A stretch of 64,000 bases of DNA from Lentimicrobiaceae bacterium (GCA_033809755.1 JAPXLB010000004.1:131030-195029); one strand, 5' to 3'. Numbered from the stretch's first letter, positions 1 to 9,090 are shown. Notes: generated from the sequence alone by a model not told the origin. A program made the numbers and translations.

Positions 1-1032
1 CTATTTGCCGGCTCTTCGGTTGCTAACCCAATCGACTTTTTGGCTACAGGTACAGCCGAACAGTTAGGTTATATTTTAGATGCTTGCGAAAACGATTTCG
101 ACAACATCGACGGAGTTGCTGTTATTTTCGGTAGCCCCGGATTGACTCGAGTTTTTGATGTGTACGAACTTCTTAACGAAAAAATGAAAACGTGCAAAAA
201 ACCTATCTATCCGATATTACCTTCAATTGTTAACGTTAAAGAAGAAATAGAATATTTTATCAGTCTTGGCAGAATTAACTTCCCCGAAGAAGTTGTTTTC
301 GGTAGAGCTTTAGGAAAGGTTTACCATGCTCCTAAACCTGTTGACCCAAACGTAGTCTTGCCCAAAATTGACACTGCTGCGATAAGAAAAATTATAGACG
401 AATCACCTGACGGATATTTGCATCCAAATAAGGTTCAAGGACTATTCGACGCTGCGGGCATTCCACGTGTTGGCGAAGCTGTTGTTAATTCTGCAGCCGA
501 TGCAGTTAAAGCTGCAAACCAACTTGGATATCCTGTTGTGATGAAAGTTGTAGGACCGATTCACAAATCTGATGTTGGCGGTGTGGTTCTCAATGTTGAT
601 AACGATAAAACTGTTGAAGACGAATTTAACCGAATGATTAAGATTAAAGACACTACCGCAATTATGCTTCAACCAATGATTTCGGGACACGGTATTTACG
701 TTGGTGCTAAAAAAGAAGACAAATTCGGTCACATGGTACTTTGCGGTCTGGGTGGAATTTATATTGAAGTCCTTAAAGATGTTGTATCATCTCTTGCTCC
801 TATCGATACAGAAGAAGCAATGGAAATGATAAAAAGCTTAAAAACCTACGACCTTATCAAAGGTGTTAGAGGTCAGGAAGGAGTTAATCAGGAAATATTT
901 GCCGAAGTTATTTCAAGAGTTTCGGCGCTATGTCTTGCTGCTCCCGAGATAGCCGAAATGGATATAAATCCGCTTCTCGGTAATGCTAAAAAGGTTACTG
1001 CTGTTGATGCACGTATCAGAATTGAAAAATAA
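1..1032 (+). CDS. acetate--CoA ligase family protein (ADP-forming acyl-CoA synthetase), C-terminal ATP-grasp part; 5' end lies outside the window
   Basis: The frame is open from base 1 (LFAGSSVANPIDFLATGTAEQ precedes the first Met at 40). The ATP-grasp-like segment GYPVVMKVVGPIHKSDVGGVVLNV and the C-terminal AEMDINPL are typical of ADP-forming acetyl-CoA synthetases. Confidence 0.75.
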   Translation, partial: LFAGSSVANPIDFLATGTAEQLGYILDACENDFDNIDGVAVIFGSPGLTRVFDVYELLNEKMKTCKKPIYPILPSIVNVKEEIEYFISLGRINFPEEVVFGRALGKVYHAPKPVDPNVVLPKIDTAAIRKIIDESPDGYLHPNKVQGLFDAAGIPRVGEAVVNSAADAVKAANQLGYPVVMKVVGPIHKSDVGGVVLNVDNDKTVEDEFNRMIKIKDTTAIMLQPMISGHGIYVGAKKEDKFGHMVLCGLGGIYIEVLKDVVSSLAPIDTEEAMEMIKSLKTYDLIKGVRGQEGVNQEIFAEVISRVSALCLAAPEIAEMDINPLLGNAKKVTAVDARIRIEK

Positions 1033-1043
1033 CAAGTGTTGAT

Positions 1044-1727
1044 ATGAAGAAAAAAGACCTAATTTTTATCGTAATTGTTCTTCTTATTTTCTTGCCCTTT
1101 TTTATCATACCATCTGTGTACAACTTCTATGTAAGTTTTAACGAACAACACGGAATGATAATGGCATTTATCAAATTTTCGGTACTTGCCACAATGGGTG
1201 AGGTTATTGCTTTACGTATCCGAACAGGAAATTACAACGAAAAAGGTTTTGGCATAGTGCCGCGAATGATAGTGTGGGGTGTCTTAGGGCTGACAATTAA
1301 CGCAGCATTTAAAATATTTGCGACAGGTGTGCCACAATTCCTTGCTTATATGGGACTTGAAAACTCTCCTGCTTCAATGGGTGCAAAATTTTCAGGACTC
1401 AAATTTTTTACGGCATTGTCGATATCTACTGCAATGAACATTACCTTCGGAGTTGTAATGATGACTTTCCATAAAATCACCGATATGCATATCTATAATA
1501 ACGGCGGAACAGTAAAAGGATTATTCAAACCCATACAATTTAAAAGCATTATCAAAAGTTTAAACTGGGATGTTATGTACGGGTTTATTTATAAAAAAAC
1601 AATACCGCTGTTTTGGATACCTGCTCATACTATTGTCTTTCTTTTACCCGAGAACTTGCGAATTTTAGTCGCAGCGCTATTAGGCGTAGCATTAGGACTA
1701 ATATTAGCTTTAGCAAAAAGTAAATAA
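1044..1727 (+). CDS. hypothetical integral membrane protein
   Basis: 227-aa ORF with several hydrophobic helices. It starts 12 nt after the upstream stop. No family recognised. Confidence 0.6.
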   Translation: MKKKDLIFIVIVLLIFLPFFIIPSVYNFYVSFNEQHGMIMAFIKFSVLATMGEVIALRIRTGNYNEKGFGIVPRMIVWGVLGLTINAAFKIFATGVPQFLAYMGLENSPASMGAKFSGLKFFTALSISTAMNITFGVVMMTFHKITDMHIYNNGGTVKGLFKPIQFKSIIKSLNWDVMYGFIYKKTIPLFWIPAHTIVFLLPENLRILVAALLGVALGLILALAKSK

Positions 1728-1760
1728 AACTAATTAACAACAAAATTTTTAATTATAACT

Positions 1761-2384
1761 ATGGGAATAACACAATGGATTACTAATCTGGCGGTAGCCA
1801 TAATAGCAGCGACTTCTTATCCCGGTGTCTTTATTTTAATGGTGATGGAAAGCATGTTCTTTCCAGTGCCCAGCGAAGCTGTGATGCCTTTTGCAGGATT
1901 TTTGATAGCCGATGGCGAAATGACTTTTTTTGGAGTTGTTTTAGCTAGTACATTGGGCAGTATCGCCGGTTCATTAGCTTCGTACTATATAGGTTACTAC
2001 GGAGGTAAGCCCTTTTTAAAACGCTTCGGAAAATATTTTCTTCTAGATGAGCATCACCTTGAAGTTTCTGAAAAATTTTTCGCCAAAAGAGGCGATATTA
2101 CAATATTAATAGCTCGTTTTATACCTGTTGTCCGCCACGTGATTTCTATCCCGGCTGGCTTTGCCAAAATGAATGTTCCGAAATTTGTTTTATTCACAAC
2201 CATTGGAGCCGGTATTTGGAATTCATTCCTAATGTATTTGGGATTCAAATTAAAGAACAATTGGGATAGTGTTATGGAATACAGCCATACCATTGATATC
2301 TTTGTTGTTATTGTTTTGGCAATCTTGTTGGTGTACTACGGATACAAGATTGTTAAAAACTTTGTAAAGATGAAAAAGGAATAA
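1761..2384 (+). CDS. DedA family membrane protein
   Basis: VMESMFFPVPSEAVMPFAGFL, GKPFLKRFGKY and RFIPVVRHVISIPAG are characteristic DedA/SNARE-associated motifs. Confidence 0.85.
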   Translation: MGITQWITNLAVAIIAATSYPGVFILMVMESMFFPVPSEAVMPFAGFLIADGEMTFFGVVLASTLGSIAGSLASYYIGYYGGKPFLKRFGKYFLLDEHHLEVSEKFFAKRGDITILIARFIPVVRHVISIPAGFAKMNVPKFVLFTTIGAGIWNSFLMYLGFKLKNNWDSVMEYSHTIDIFVVIVLAILLVYYGYKIVKNFVKMKKE

Positions 2385-2385
2385 T

Positions 2386-3135
2386 ATGCGTCAGTATGCT
2401 TTAATAGGCAGTAAACTAAACCACTCTTTTTCACCTTCTGTTTTTGCCGAAATTTTTAAGGCGGAAAACGTATCGGATGCCGAATATTTTCTGTTAGAGG
2501 TTTCTGACCTGAACGATTTGCTTTATAAAATTGAAGCTACACCCGAGTTGTTGGGATTTAACATTACAATTCCTTATAAAACGTCGATTTTGCCTTTTTT
2601 GTCGGAGATTGATGAAGAAGCAAAATCAATTGGAGCAGTTAATTGTGTGAAAATATCTCGAAACGATAAAGTCAAACTGACCGGCTACAACACCGACCAC
2701 TTAGGATTTCAAGATTCCATAATTGAAATTTTGGAAAATAAATCTTTAAGCAATGCCTTGATTTTAGGAACAGGTGGTGCGTCAAAGGCGGTAAAATACG
2801 TTTTCGATAAGTGGGATATCAATTCCGTATTTGTTTCAAGAGGAGCAAAAGGCGGTAATATCATCAATTATGATATGATTGACGAAAACTTGGTAAACAA
2901 AACCCAGATTATCGTAAATGCAACGCCCGTTGGGATGTATCCAAAAGAAAATCAACTTGTAAATTTTCCTTATAATCTTGTTTCACAACATCACATTTTT
3001 GTCGATTTGATATATAATCCTACTGAAACACTTTTCTTGAAAGAAGCCAAAAGCAAAGGATGCACCTGTATAAACGGAATGAAGATGCTTATTAAACAAG
3101 CAGAATATTCGTGGCAAATATGGAACGCGGAATAG
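2386..3135 (+). CDS. aroE: shikimate dehydrogenase
   Basis: N-terminal HSFSP, NITIPYK, GAVNCV, GYNTD and the GTGGASKAV Rossmann loop. Starts 2 nt after the DedA stop. Confidence 0.85.
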   Translation: MRQYALIGSKLNHSFSPSVFAEIFKAENVSDAEYFLLEVSDLNDLLYKIEATPELLGFNITIPYKTSILPFLSEIDEEAKSIGAVNCVKISRNDKVKLTGYNTDHLGFQDSIIEILENKSLSNALILGTGGASKAVKYVFDKWDINSVFVSRGAKGGNIINYDMIDENLVNKTQIIVNATPVGMYPKENQLVNFPYNLVSQHHIFVDLIYNPTETLFLKEAKSKGCTCINGMKMLIKQAEYSWQIWNAE

Positions 3136-3251
3136 TTTTGAGTGTTGAGTGTTGAGTATTGAGTTTGAAGACTCGTAACTCGAAACTCGAAACTCAGAAC
3201 TAACCCACACCACGCAACACGCAACGCGCAACACGCAACACGTGCCACCCA
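3136..3251. repeat. heptad-periodic palindromic intergenic element, copy A
   Basis: (GAGTnTT)x4 at 3139-3170 faces (ACTCnAA)x4 at 3171-3202, giving an imperfect roughly 30-bp-arm hairpin. It is followed by (CACGCAA)x5 and CCACCCATCAC. The element fills the whole gap between the aroE and purB stop codons. Confidence 0.85.
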
Positions 3252-4598
3252 TCACATTTTTCCAATATAATTAAACGGCGTAATAGCCTTTATCTCTTCT
3301 TTAACTTCGTCGCTTATTTTAAGTTTATCAACAAAATCCCACAACACTTCTTTTGAAATATGTTTACCAGTTCTGGTAAGTTTTTTCAGTGTTTCGTACG
3401 GCTCAGGATAGCCTTCTCTTCTCAGAATTGTCTGTATCGGTTCGGCAAGAACAGCCCAATTGTGGTCAAGTTCGTCCAACATTTTATCCTTGTTAATAAT
3501 CACCTTATTCAAGCCGGTAATAATGGATTTGTAGGCAATGAGTGCGTGGGCAATGCCAACTCCAATATTTCTGGTAATAGTCGAATCGGTCAAATCTCTT
3601 TGCATTCTTGAAATAGGCAATTTATTCGACATAAAAATCAATATAGCATTAGAAATTCCTAAGTTGCCTTCTGCATTCTCAAAATCTATAGGATTAACCT
3701 TGTGAGGCATGGTTGAGGAACCTGTTTCGGAAGCATTAATTTTTTGTCTGAAATACTCTCTCGAAATGTACTGCCACATGTCTTGCGATAAGTCAATGAG
3801 TATAGTATTTATGCGTTTTAGTCCGTCAAAATAAGCGCTCATGCAGTCGTAGTGCTCAATTTGTGTGGTATATTTCTGACGCACCAAATTCAGTTTATCT
3901 TTGAGAAAATTGTCGGCAAATGTATTCCAATCGATATCGGGATACGAAGCGTAGTGAGCATTAAAATTGCCGACAGCACCGCCAAATTTTGCAGTTTTAG
4001 GAATAGATGTAAGTTGTTTTAATTGAACACTAAGTCTTTCGGCAAAAACCATTATCTCTTTACCCATAGTTGTAGGCGAAGCAGGTTGTCCGTGTGTATG
4101 CGAAAGCATTGGAACGTCCTTCCATTTCTTAGCTAAATTCGTCAACTTGGTCTGAATATTTTCTATCGTCGGAATAACATTGTCGTACAAGCAGGTATAC
4201 AGCGACAAAGGAACAGCAGTATTATTAATATCCTGCGAGGTCAGTCCGAAATGTATAAATTCGCTATATTTTTTTAAGCCGATTTTTGCAAACTGTTTTT
4301 TCAAGTAGTATTCAACAGCTTTTACATCGTGATTGGTTTTAGCCTCTATCTTTTTAACTTCGGCAGCATCGGCGAAGGTAAAGTTTTCGCTTATTTTTCT
4401 GATATTAGCAATATCGTCGGGCGTAATACCTTTAAGTTGAGGTAGCGGAATTTCAGCCAATGCTATAAAGTATTCAACCTCAACATAAATCCTGAAATTA
4501 ATTAGAGCACCTTCGCTAAAAAATAACGACAAAGATTCTACCTTTTTTCTGTAACGCCCGTCAACAGGCGAAATAGCTTTTAATGTACTTAAGTCCAT
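3252..4598 (-). CDS. purB: adenylosuccinate lyase
   Basis: 448 aa. SPVDGRY, GLTSQDINNTA, HGQPASPTTMGKE and SSTMPHKVNP (lyase-1 signature) are all present. Confidence 0.95.
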   Translation of the reverse strand: MDLSTLKAISPVDGRYRKKVESLSLFFSEGALINFRIYVEVEYFIALAEIPLPQLKGITPDDIANIRKISENFTFADAAEVKKIEAKTNHDVKAVEYYLKKQFAKIGLKKYSEFIHFGLTSQDINNTAVPLSLYTCLYDNVIPTIENIQTKLTNLAKKWKDVPMLSHTHGQPASPTTMGKEIMVFAERLSVQLKQLTSIPKTAKFGGAVGNFNAHYASYPDIDWNTFADNFLKDKLNLVRQKYTTQIEHYDCMSAYFDGLKRINTILIDLSQDMWQYISREYFRQKINASETGSSTMPHKVNPIDFENAEGNLGISNAILIFMSNKLPISRMQRDLTDSTITRNIGVGIAHALIAYKSIITGLNKVIINKDKMLDELDHNWAVLAEPIQTILRREGYPEPYETLKKLTRTGKHISKEVLWDFVDKLKISDEVKEEIKAITPFNYIGKM

Positions 4599-4772
4599 GG
4601 TATTTTTTTTCCAAATGTATAAAACATTTATAATAAAAAAAGAAATTGCAATTTTTTTTAAATAAATAATGTTTTTATTTACGGATTAATGCAAAATAAA
4701 GCCGTGTAATCAGGTATTTATAAGGATTTTCGTCAACAAACGACTTTATATCTAAAATACAGATATGTTTAC

Positions 4773-4780
4773 TACATTTG
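4773..4780 (+). promoter_or_regulatory. Bacteroidota -7 box (TACATTTG) for paralog A
   Basis: Matches TAnnTTTG about 22 nt upstream of the ATG at 4803. An identical box sits in front of paralog B. Confidence 0.55.
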
Positions 4781-4802
4781 CATTGTATTTTACAATTTTG
4801 TG

Positions 4803-6101
4803 ATGATAATAGATAAAGAATATCCAGCCACGCACTCTATGTCAACAAGTTGGTTTGCTGTTGATTGCGAGGGGAATGTTGCCTTGCTTGAATTCAATGA
4901 AAATGGACCCGTACCTACAATTGTTCAAGATGAGTGTTTCGAGAGTATTATAATTGATAGGTTTATTGACAAGAGTAACAAGATGAAGAGGACTGTCCTG
5001 ACAGAAGAACAAGTAAATTTATTGGTTTCGTGTTTGGAATTTAAACCTTTTGATAACAATGTTGAACCAATCTTTCTTTTCGATAGCATATGGCGTATAA
5101 ATACCCAATTAATTGATGAGTTCAACGAAATTATAGCTGGCAAAGAGGATGAAGTATTAGTCTTATCTGAAAAAGAGGGACTTTATCATGTTGGGTATAT
5201 ATATGATAGAGGAGGAGCAGAAAACCTTGAGTGGGAATGTATGATGGAGTACTTATCAGGTCAGGAACAAAAATTTTTCGAAAAACTTTGTCAAAAAAAC
5301 TTTTTATTGTCATATACTGAATTTGGGCTGCTTCCCAGTATAGAGGGCGGAGGGTACGGAGAACAAGTTTGGTTACCAAAAGCCTTAGAAAATTTTCCAA
5401 TATTTATATATGCTCAGGAGTACATAAATCCTGCACTAAAGAGAATCCACATACCCAAATGTCCGTTAAAAGCAGGTCAGCTTACTGAAGAATGCATGGA
5501 GCTGGCACTCAAAATACCTGTTTCATTCAGAGATAGCGAACAGTTTCAAGTTCAGTTTTATTATCCTTCATCCTGGCTGGGTGGTCAAGAGTGGAAACCT
5601 TACGATTCGCGATATTGCAGATTGGAAATAAGTAAGGGTAATAAGCCTTTTGTACGTACAGGTTGTTTAGCTGTTCACCATAATACTGAATATACCAATT
5701 ATCATTATTTTGATTCCCACAATTACGATTTTCACAGTCAGGCTTATACCTTTGAACCTACGGTTGCTATTATCAAAGACGAAGCAGGCAGCATTTTTAA
5801 TAAGTTGCCTGAATACATTTTCATGTACGCTTTTGAGCTTCATTATATGGAAAGAAACGAGTATTTACAGCAACTCATCGACTATTATCGTCCATACTTG
5901 CTGGTTGTAACTGACGGAGTTTTAAGTAAACTTAAAAACGAATTTCGTATAGACGATAAAAAAATATCCTTCGGAGATGAAGAACTTCCTATTTATACAA
6001 GCGAAGAGGTAGCCCAGCGCAAGGATGAAATCCTAGCTTTAGCCAAAAAACCTTATAGAGGCAAAAAAGACCCAATTATACTTGAAAAGAAAGAAGTATA
6101 G
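4803..6101 (+). CDS. hypothetical cytoplasmic protein, paralog A of a tandem pair (no recognised domain)
   Basis: Long ORF (GTG at 4800, ATG at 4803). No signal peptide or TM segment. Its first 34 aa are identical to the ORF at 6256, and the central and C-terminal blocks are conserved (YAQEY, PVSF..EQFQ, YTFEPTV, LPEYIF.YAF, YYRPYLLVV.DGVLSK, QRKDEILALA..YRGKKDPI). Confidence 0.75.
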   Translation: MIIDKEYPATHSMSTSWFAVDCEGNVALLEFNENGPVPTIVQDECFESIIIDRFIDKSNKMKRTVLTEEQVNLLVSCLEFKPFDNNVEPIFLFDSIWRINTQLIDEFNEIIAGKEDEVLVLSEKEGLYHVGYIYDRGGAENLEWECMMEYLSGQEQKFFEKLCQKNFLLSYTEFGLLPSIEGGGYGEQVWLPKALENFPIFIYAQEYINPALKRIHIPKCPLKAGQLTEECMELALKIPVSFRDSEQFQVQFYYPSSWLGGQEWKPYDSRYCRLEISKGNKPFVRTGCLAVHHNTEYTNYHYFDSHNYDFHSQAYTFEPTVAIIKDEAGSIFNKLPEYIFMYAFELHYMERNEYLQQLIDYYRPYLLVVTDGVLSKLKNEFRIDDKKISFGDEELPIYTSEEVAQRKDEILALAKKPYRGKKDPIILEKKEV

Positions 6102-6225
6102 AAATTAGGTTTTTAGTCGTGTCTTTTCTTGTTTTCTGTATAGGAATGACAAGCTTTCTAAAATTGAGTATCTCGAACTTTTTGTTAATATTTATCTTTA
6201 TATCTCAAAATCAAGATATGTTTAC

Positions 6226-6233
6226 TACATTTG
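6226..6233 (+). promoter_or_regulatory. Bacteroidota -7 box (TACATTTG) for paralog B / radical SAM operon
   Basis: Same TAnnTTTG box within the duplicated 5' module (6196-6354 matches 4744-4901). Confidence 0.55.
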
Positions 6234-6255
6234 CATTGTATTTTACAATTTTGTG

Positions 6256-7506
6256 ATGATAATAGATAAAGAATATCCTGCCACGCACTCTATGTCAACA
6301 AGTTGGTTCGCTGTTGATTGCGAGGGAAATGTTGCCTTGCTTGAATTCAACGAAGAAGGTCCAGTGCCAACTTTTGTTCGAGAAGTGACCTTTGAAGAAA
6401 TAATACTTGAAAGGCTTGTCGATAGTAGTGGCAAAATAAGGAGGAGCATATTAACCGACGAACAAGCTCTGTCATTAGCTTCTTGTTTTGAGTTCATACC
6501 GTATGTATATTCAGATGATTTTTGTTTTTTCTTTCAAACTGTTATTCGTATTAATCCCGAATTAAAAGAAGAGTTCTACGAAGTTATAGCGGGCTTTGAA
6601 CATACAATAGTAATCTTGTCTGAAAAAGAAGGGCTGTACTTATATGATGGCTTTAAATTATCAGAGGAAGAAGAAGAAAAAATAATGTGTGATAGGCTAC
6701 ACAATAAAACGTGCATAATATCATATGCTGAATTTCGTTTAGAATGCACCGTAGAAAAGCCGGACGACTATCCCGTGTGGTTAGCCGAAGGTTTTGAAGG
6801 AATTCCTATGTACATATACGCACAAGAGTACTGGGATACTGCACTAAAGAAGATACATACGCCTAAATGTATAGTAAACGCCAGCCAGTTTGTTGAGGAG
6901 GTTAAGGAGGTGGCGTTATATTTGCCTGTTTCTTTCAAAAATGCCGAACAGTTTCAGATACCGCTTTATTATCCATCAAGATGGATGTCTGAAAGAAAAA
7001 TTAAAAATTCTGATCGTCGATACCATGATTTAAGGATAAGTAAGGGTAACGAACCATTTTTGCTTACAGCGGAATTGCCAATTATTAATAGGATGTATTG
7101 GTCGTATAGTAATACCCCTGGTCTAACTTACACTTTTGAACCTACTGTAGGTATTATCGGAGAAGACAAATATCATATTTATTTTGAATTGCCCGAATAT
7201 ATCTTCAAGTATGCTTTTGGGCTTAACTATGAGATGGGAGGCAGGAAATTATCGGAACTTTTAGAATATTATCGTCCTTACCTGTTGGTTGTTATGGATG
7301 GAGTTTTAAGCAAAATTGAGGAGCATTATCAGATAGTAGATAAAAAATTAATATATGAGGGCGAAGAGTATCCTATTTTTACAAGAGAGGAGGTAACTCA
7401 ACGCAAGGACGAAATCCTTGCTTTAGCCAGAAGGCGATACAGAGGTAAAAAAGACCCAATTGTAATTGATAATGAAGATGATAGAGATAATATCTATAGA
7501 TATTAG
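6256..7506 (+). CDS. hypothetical cytoplasmic protein, paralog B of the tandem pair
   Basis: 417-aa ORF, collinear with paralog A along its whole length and roughly half identical by eye. The N-terminal 34 aa are identical. The 3' end overlaps the radical SAM ORF. Confidence 0.75.
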   Translation: MIIDKEYPATHSMSTSWFAVDCEGNVALLEFNEEGPVPTFVREVTFEEIILERLVDSSGKIRRSILTDEQALSLASCFEFIPYVYSDDFCFFFQTVIRINPELKEEFYEVIAGFEHTIVILSEKEGLYLYDGFKLSEEEEEKIMCDRLHNKTCIISYAEFRLECTVEKPDDYPVWLAEGFEGIPMYIYAQEYWDTALKKIHTPKCIVNASQFVEEVKEVALYLPVSFKNAEQFQIPLYYPSRWMSERKIKNSDRRYHDLRISKGNEPFLLTAELPIINRMYWSYSNTPGLTYTFEPTVGIIGEDKYHIYFELPEYIFKYAFGLNYEMGGRKLSELLEYYRPYLLVVMDGVLSKIEEHYQIVDKKLIYEGEEYPIFTREEVTQRKDEILALARRRYRGKKDPIVIDNEDDRDNIYRY

Positions 7507-8224
7507 CAACTTTTGCTCAAAACAGTGTCACTTCTGTTACAACGGCAGCAACAAACAGGGTTGTTCTTTGTGGAAGCCACAGGAGGTGATTGAGTTCGGA
7601 GTGGATTGCGTAGCCAATGGCGTTAAAGCTATTTCTCTTGGAGGAGGTGAACCACTCGAATACGACGGTGTTTTCGATATTATTTCTGCACTTCGCGAGG
7701 TCTGCTATTTAACAATTACTTCAAACGGTTTGCCTCTTGAAGATAGCCACGTGTACAGAAAATTGTTGGAAGCTAAGCCAGATAAAATTCATATCAGCAT
7801 TCACTACCCACATGTAGTTTCGGAAGTGAAACGTGTTATGCGTCAAATAAAACAGCTGAAGGAAACGGCTATTAAGCCTGGCGTTAATCTAATGGTTTCA
7901 AAAGACCAGCTTGCAGCCAGCCGAGAGGTTTATAGCCAGCTACGTAAAATATTATCTTCGGAACAAATTATCCTGATACCGCAACGCTTCTCAAATATCC
8001 CAACGCCCAAAGAGGTTGGGTCAATTTCGGGCGGTGAGCCTTTTCAAAGTCCATCTTGCTTAACAAAATGCGAAGCACCTACTCACTTTTGTTCGATTAC
8101 TTGGGATAAACACGCATCGTATTGCAGTTTTTCAAGTGGCAAAGCACCTCTTGAAATGCTAAATTACGAAGGACTACGCAATGCACTGAGGAAAAGTCAA
8201 TTTATTAGTTGTATGAAATGTTGA
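7466..8224 (+). CDS. small radical SAM protein with Cys-rich C-terminal tail
   Basis: CSKQCHFC (CX3CX2C) at residues 17-24 and the GGGEPLEY SAM-binding motif. C-terminal cysteines lie in CLTKCEAPTHFCSITWDKHASYC and in the final CMKC. The start overlaps paralog B by 41 nt; alternative Met codons at 7472 and 7478 still overlap. Confidence 0.8.
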   Translation: MIMKMIEIISIDISNFCSKQCHFCYNGSNKQGCSLWKPQEVIEFGVDCVANGVKAISLGGGEPLEYDGVFDIISALREVCYLTITSNGLPLEDSHVYRKLLEAKPDKIHISIHYPHVVSEVKRVMRQIKQLKETAIKPGVNLMVSKDQLAASREVYSQLRKILSSEQIILIPQRFSNIPTPKEVGSISGGEPFQSPSCLTKCEAPTHFCSITWDKHASYCSFSSGKAPLEMLNYEGLRNALRKSQFISCMKC

Positions 8225-8341
8225 AACAATAAACTAGAGTTTTGAGAGTTTGACTGTTAGCCTAAGCGCAACCAGCTCTCAATAAAACAAGAAATAAAAC
8301 CATTAAGTGTAATTGAAAAAATAACTTTAAAAATAAATATT

Positions 8342-8881
8342 ATGAAAAATATCAGATTTTTGTTTCTTTCGGTATTGCTCCTGGTTGGGTTTACTCTATC
8401 TAGCCAAAAGTACTTCTGGGAAGCCTACTACTTTAATGAAGATGAGAATCTTGAAATTGAGTACATATTAGAATTTAATGAATATGGTGAACCTACCATA
8501 TTTATAGTAAATGATGAGGATATCATCTGTGAGTTGGTAGGATATTATGATGAAGAATATGAAGTGACAGAATTATACTTTTATGATGAAGAACTGGGCA
8601 GAGAAGGTATGTACTTACAACACTTCTACTACGTAAGGGGAGATGAACTTTATTTACAATCATATAGCCCAAAACTTAAGGATTTTTATCTGTCGATAAA
8701 AATAGTTGGATTTTATAATCTTGGGTACTATAAAGATGATTTTAAATTAATACGCTATGATGAAAATAAGGATATTGTCCACGAGTTCGAACTAAAAATA
8801 GCTCATAAAAATATTATTACTATACGTAATGAAGACGGTAGGTATGTCGGGTTTGTATTAAGGAAACAGTTTTGTGAGTGA
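8342..8881 (+). CDS. hypothetical secreted protein (signal peptide, Tyr/Glu-rich)
   Basis: N-terminal MKNIRFLFLSVLLLVGFTLSSQ looks like a signal peptide. No family recognised. A strong hairpin follows the ORF. Confidence 0.6.
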   Translation: MKNIRFLFLSVLLLVGFTLSSQKYFWEAYYFNEDENLEIEYILEFNEYGEPTIFIVNDEDIICELVGYYDEEYEVTELYFYDEELGREGMYLQHFYYVRGDELYLQSYSPKLKDFYLSIKIVGFYNLGYYKDDFKLIRYDENKDIVHEFELKIAHKNIITIRNEDGRYVGFVLRKQFCE

Positions 8882-8951
8882 CGTCAATAAATGGAAACAG
8901 AACAGTATGAGTAAGATGCTTAAAACGTAAAATTTTTAAAATTACTAAAAT

Positions 8952-8988
8952 AAATAGTCCCGATTGCTTACGGCAATCGGGACTATTT
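8952..8988. terminator. bidirectional hairpin terminator
   Basis: AAATAGTCCCGATTGC-loop-GCAATCGGGACTATTT is a perfect 16-bp stem, A-rich on the left and T-rich on the right. It lies between the 8342-8881 ORF and the 3' end of tRNA-Lys. Confidence 0.8.
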
Positions 8989-9011
8989 GTTTGTATGGCT
9001 TACGCCTCTAG

Positions 9012-9084
9012 TGATCCGCCTGAGGCTCGAACTCAGGACCCCATCCTTAAAAGGGATGTGCTCTACCTACTGAGCTAGCGAATC
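9012..9084 (-). tRNA. tRNA-Lys (anticodon UUU)
   Basis: The reverse complement reads GATTCGCTAGCTCAGTAGGTAGAGCACATCCCTTTTAAGGATGGGGTCCTGAGTTCGAGCCTCAGGCGGATCA. It folds as a cloverleaf with anticodon loop CTTTTAA and T-loop GTTCGAG. CCA is not encoded. Confidence 0.9.
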
Positions 9085-9090
9085 ATTATT

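Noticed and set aside
2983-3255. ORFs of 85-90 aa (and similar ones at 28185-28771, 36066-36452 and 62615-62800) overlapping the heptad repeat elements
   Set aside because: Their sequences are Cys/Val/Arg or Thr/Pro/Gln low-complexity strings produced by translating the heptad repeats. They overlap real genes or terminators.
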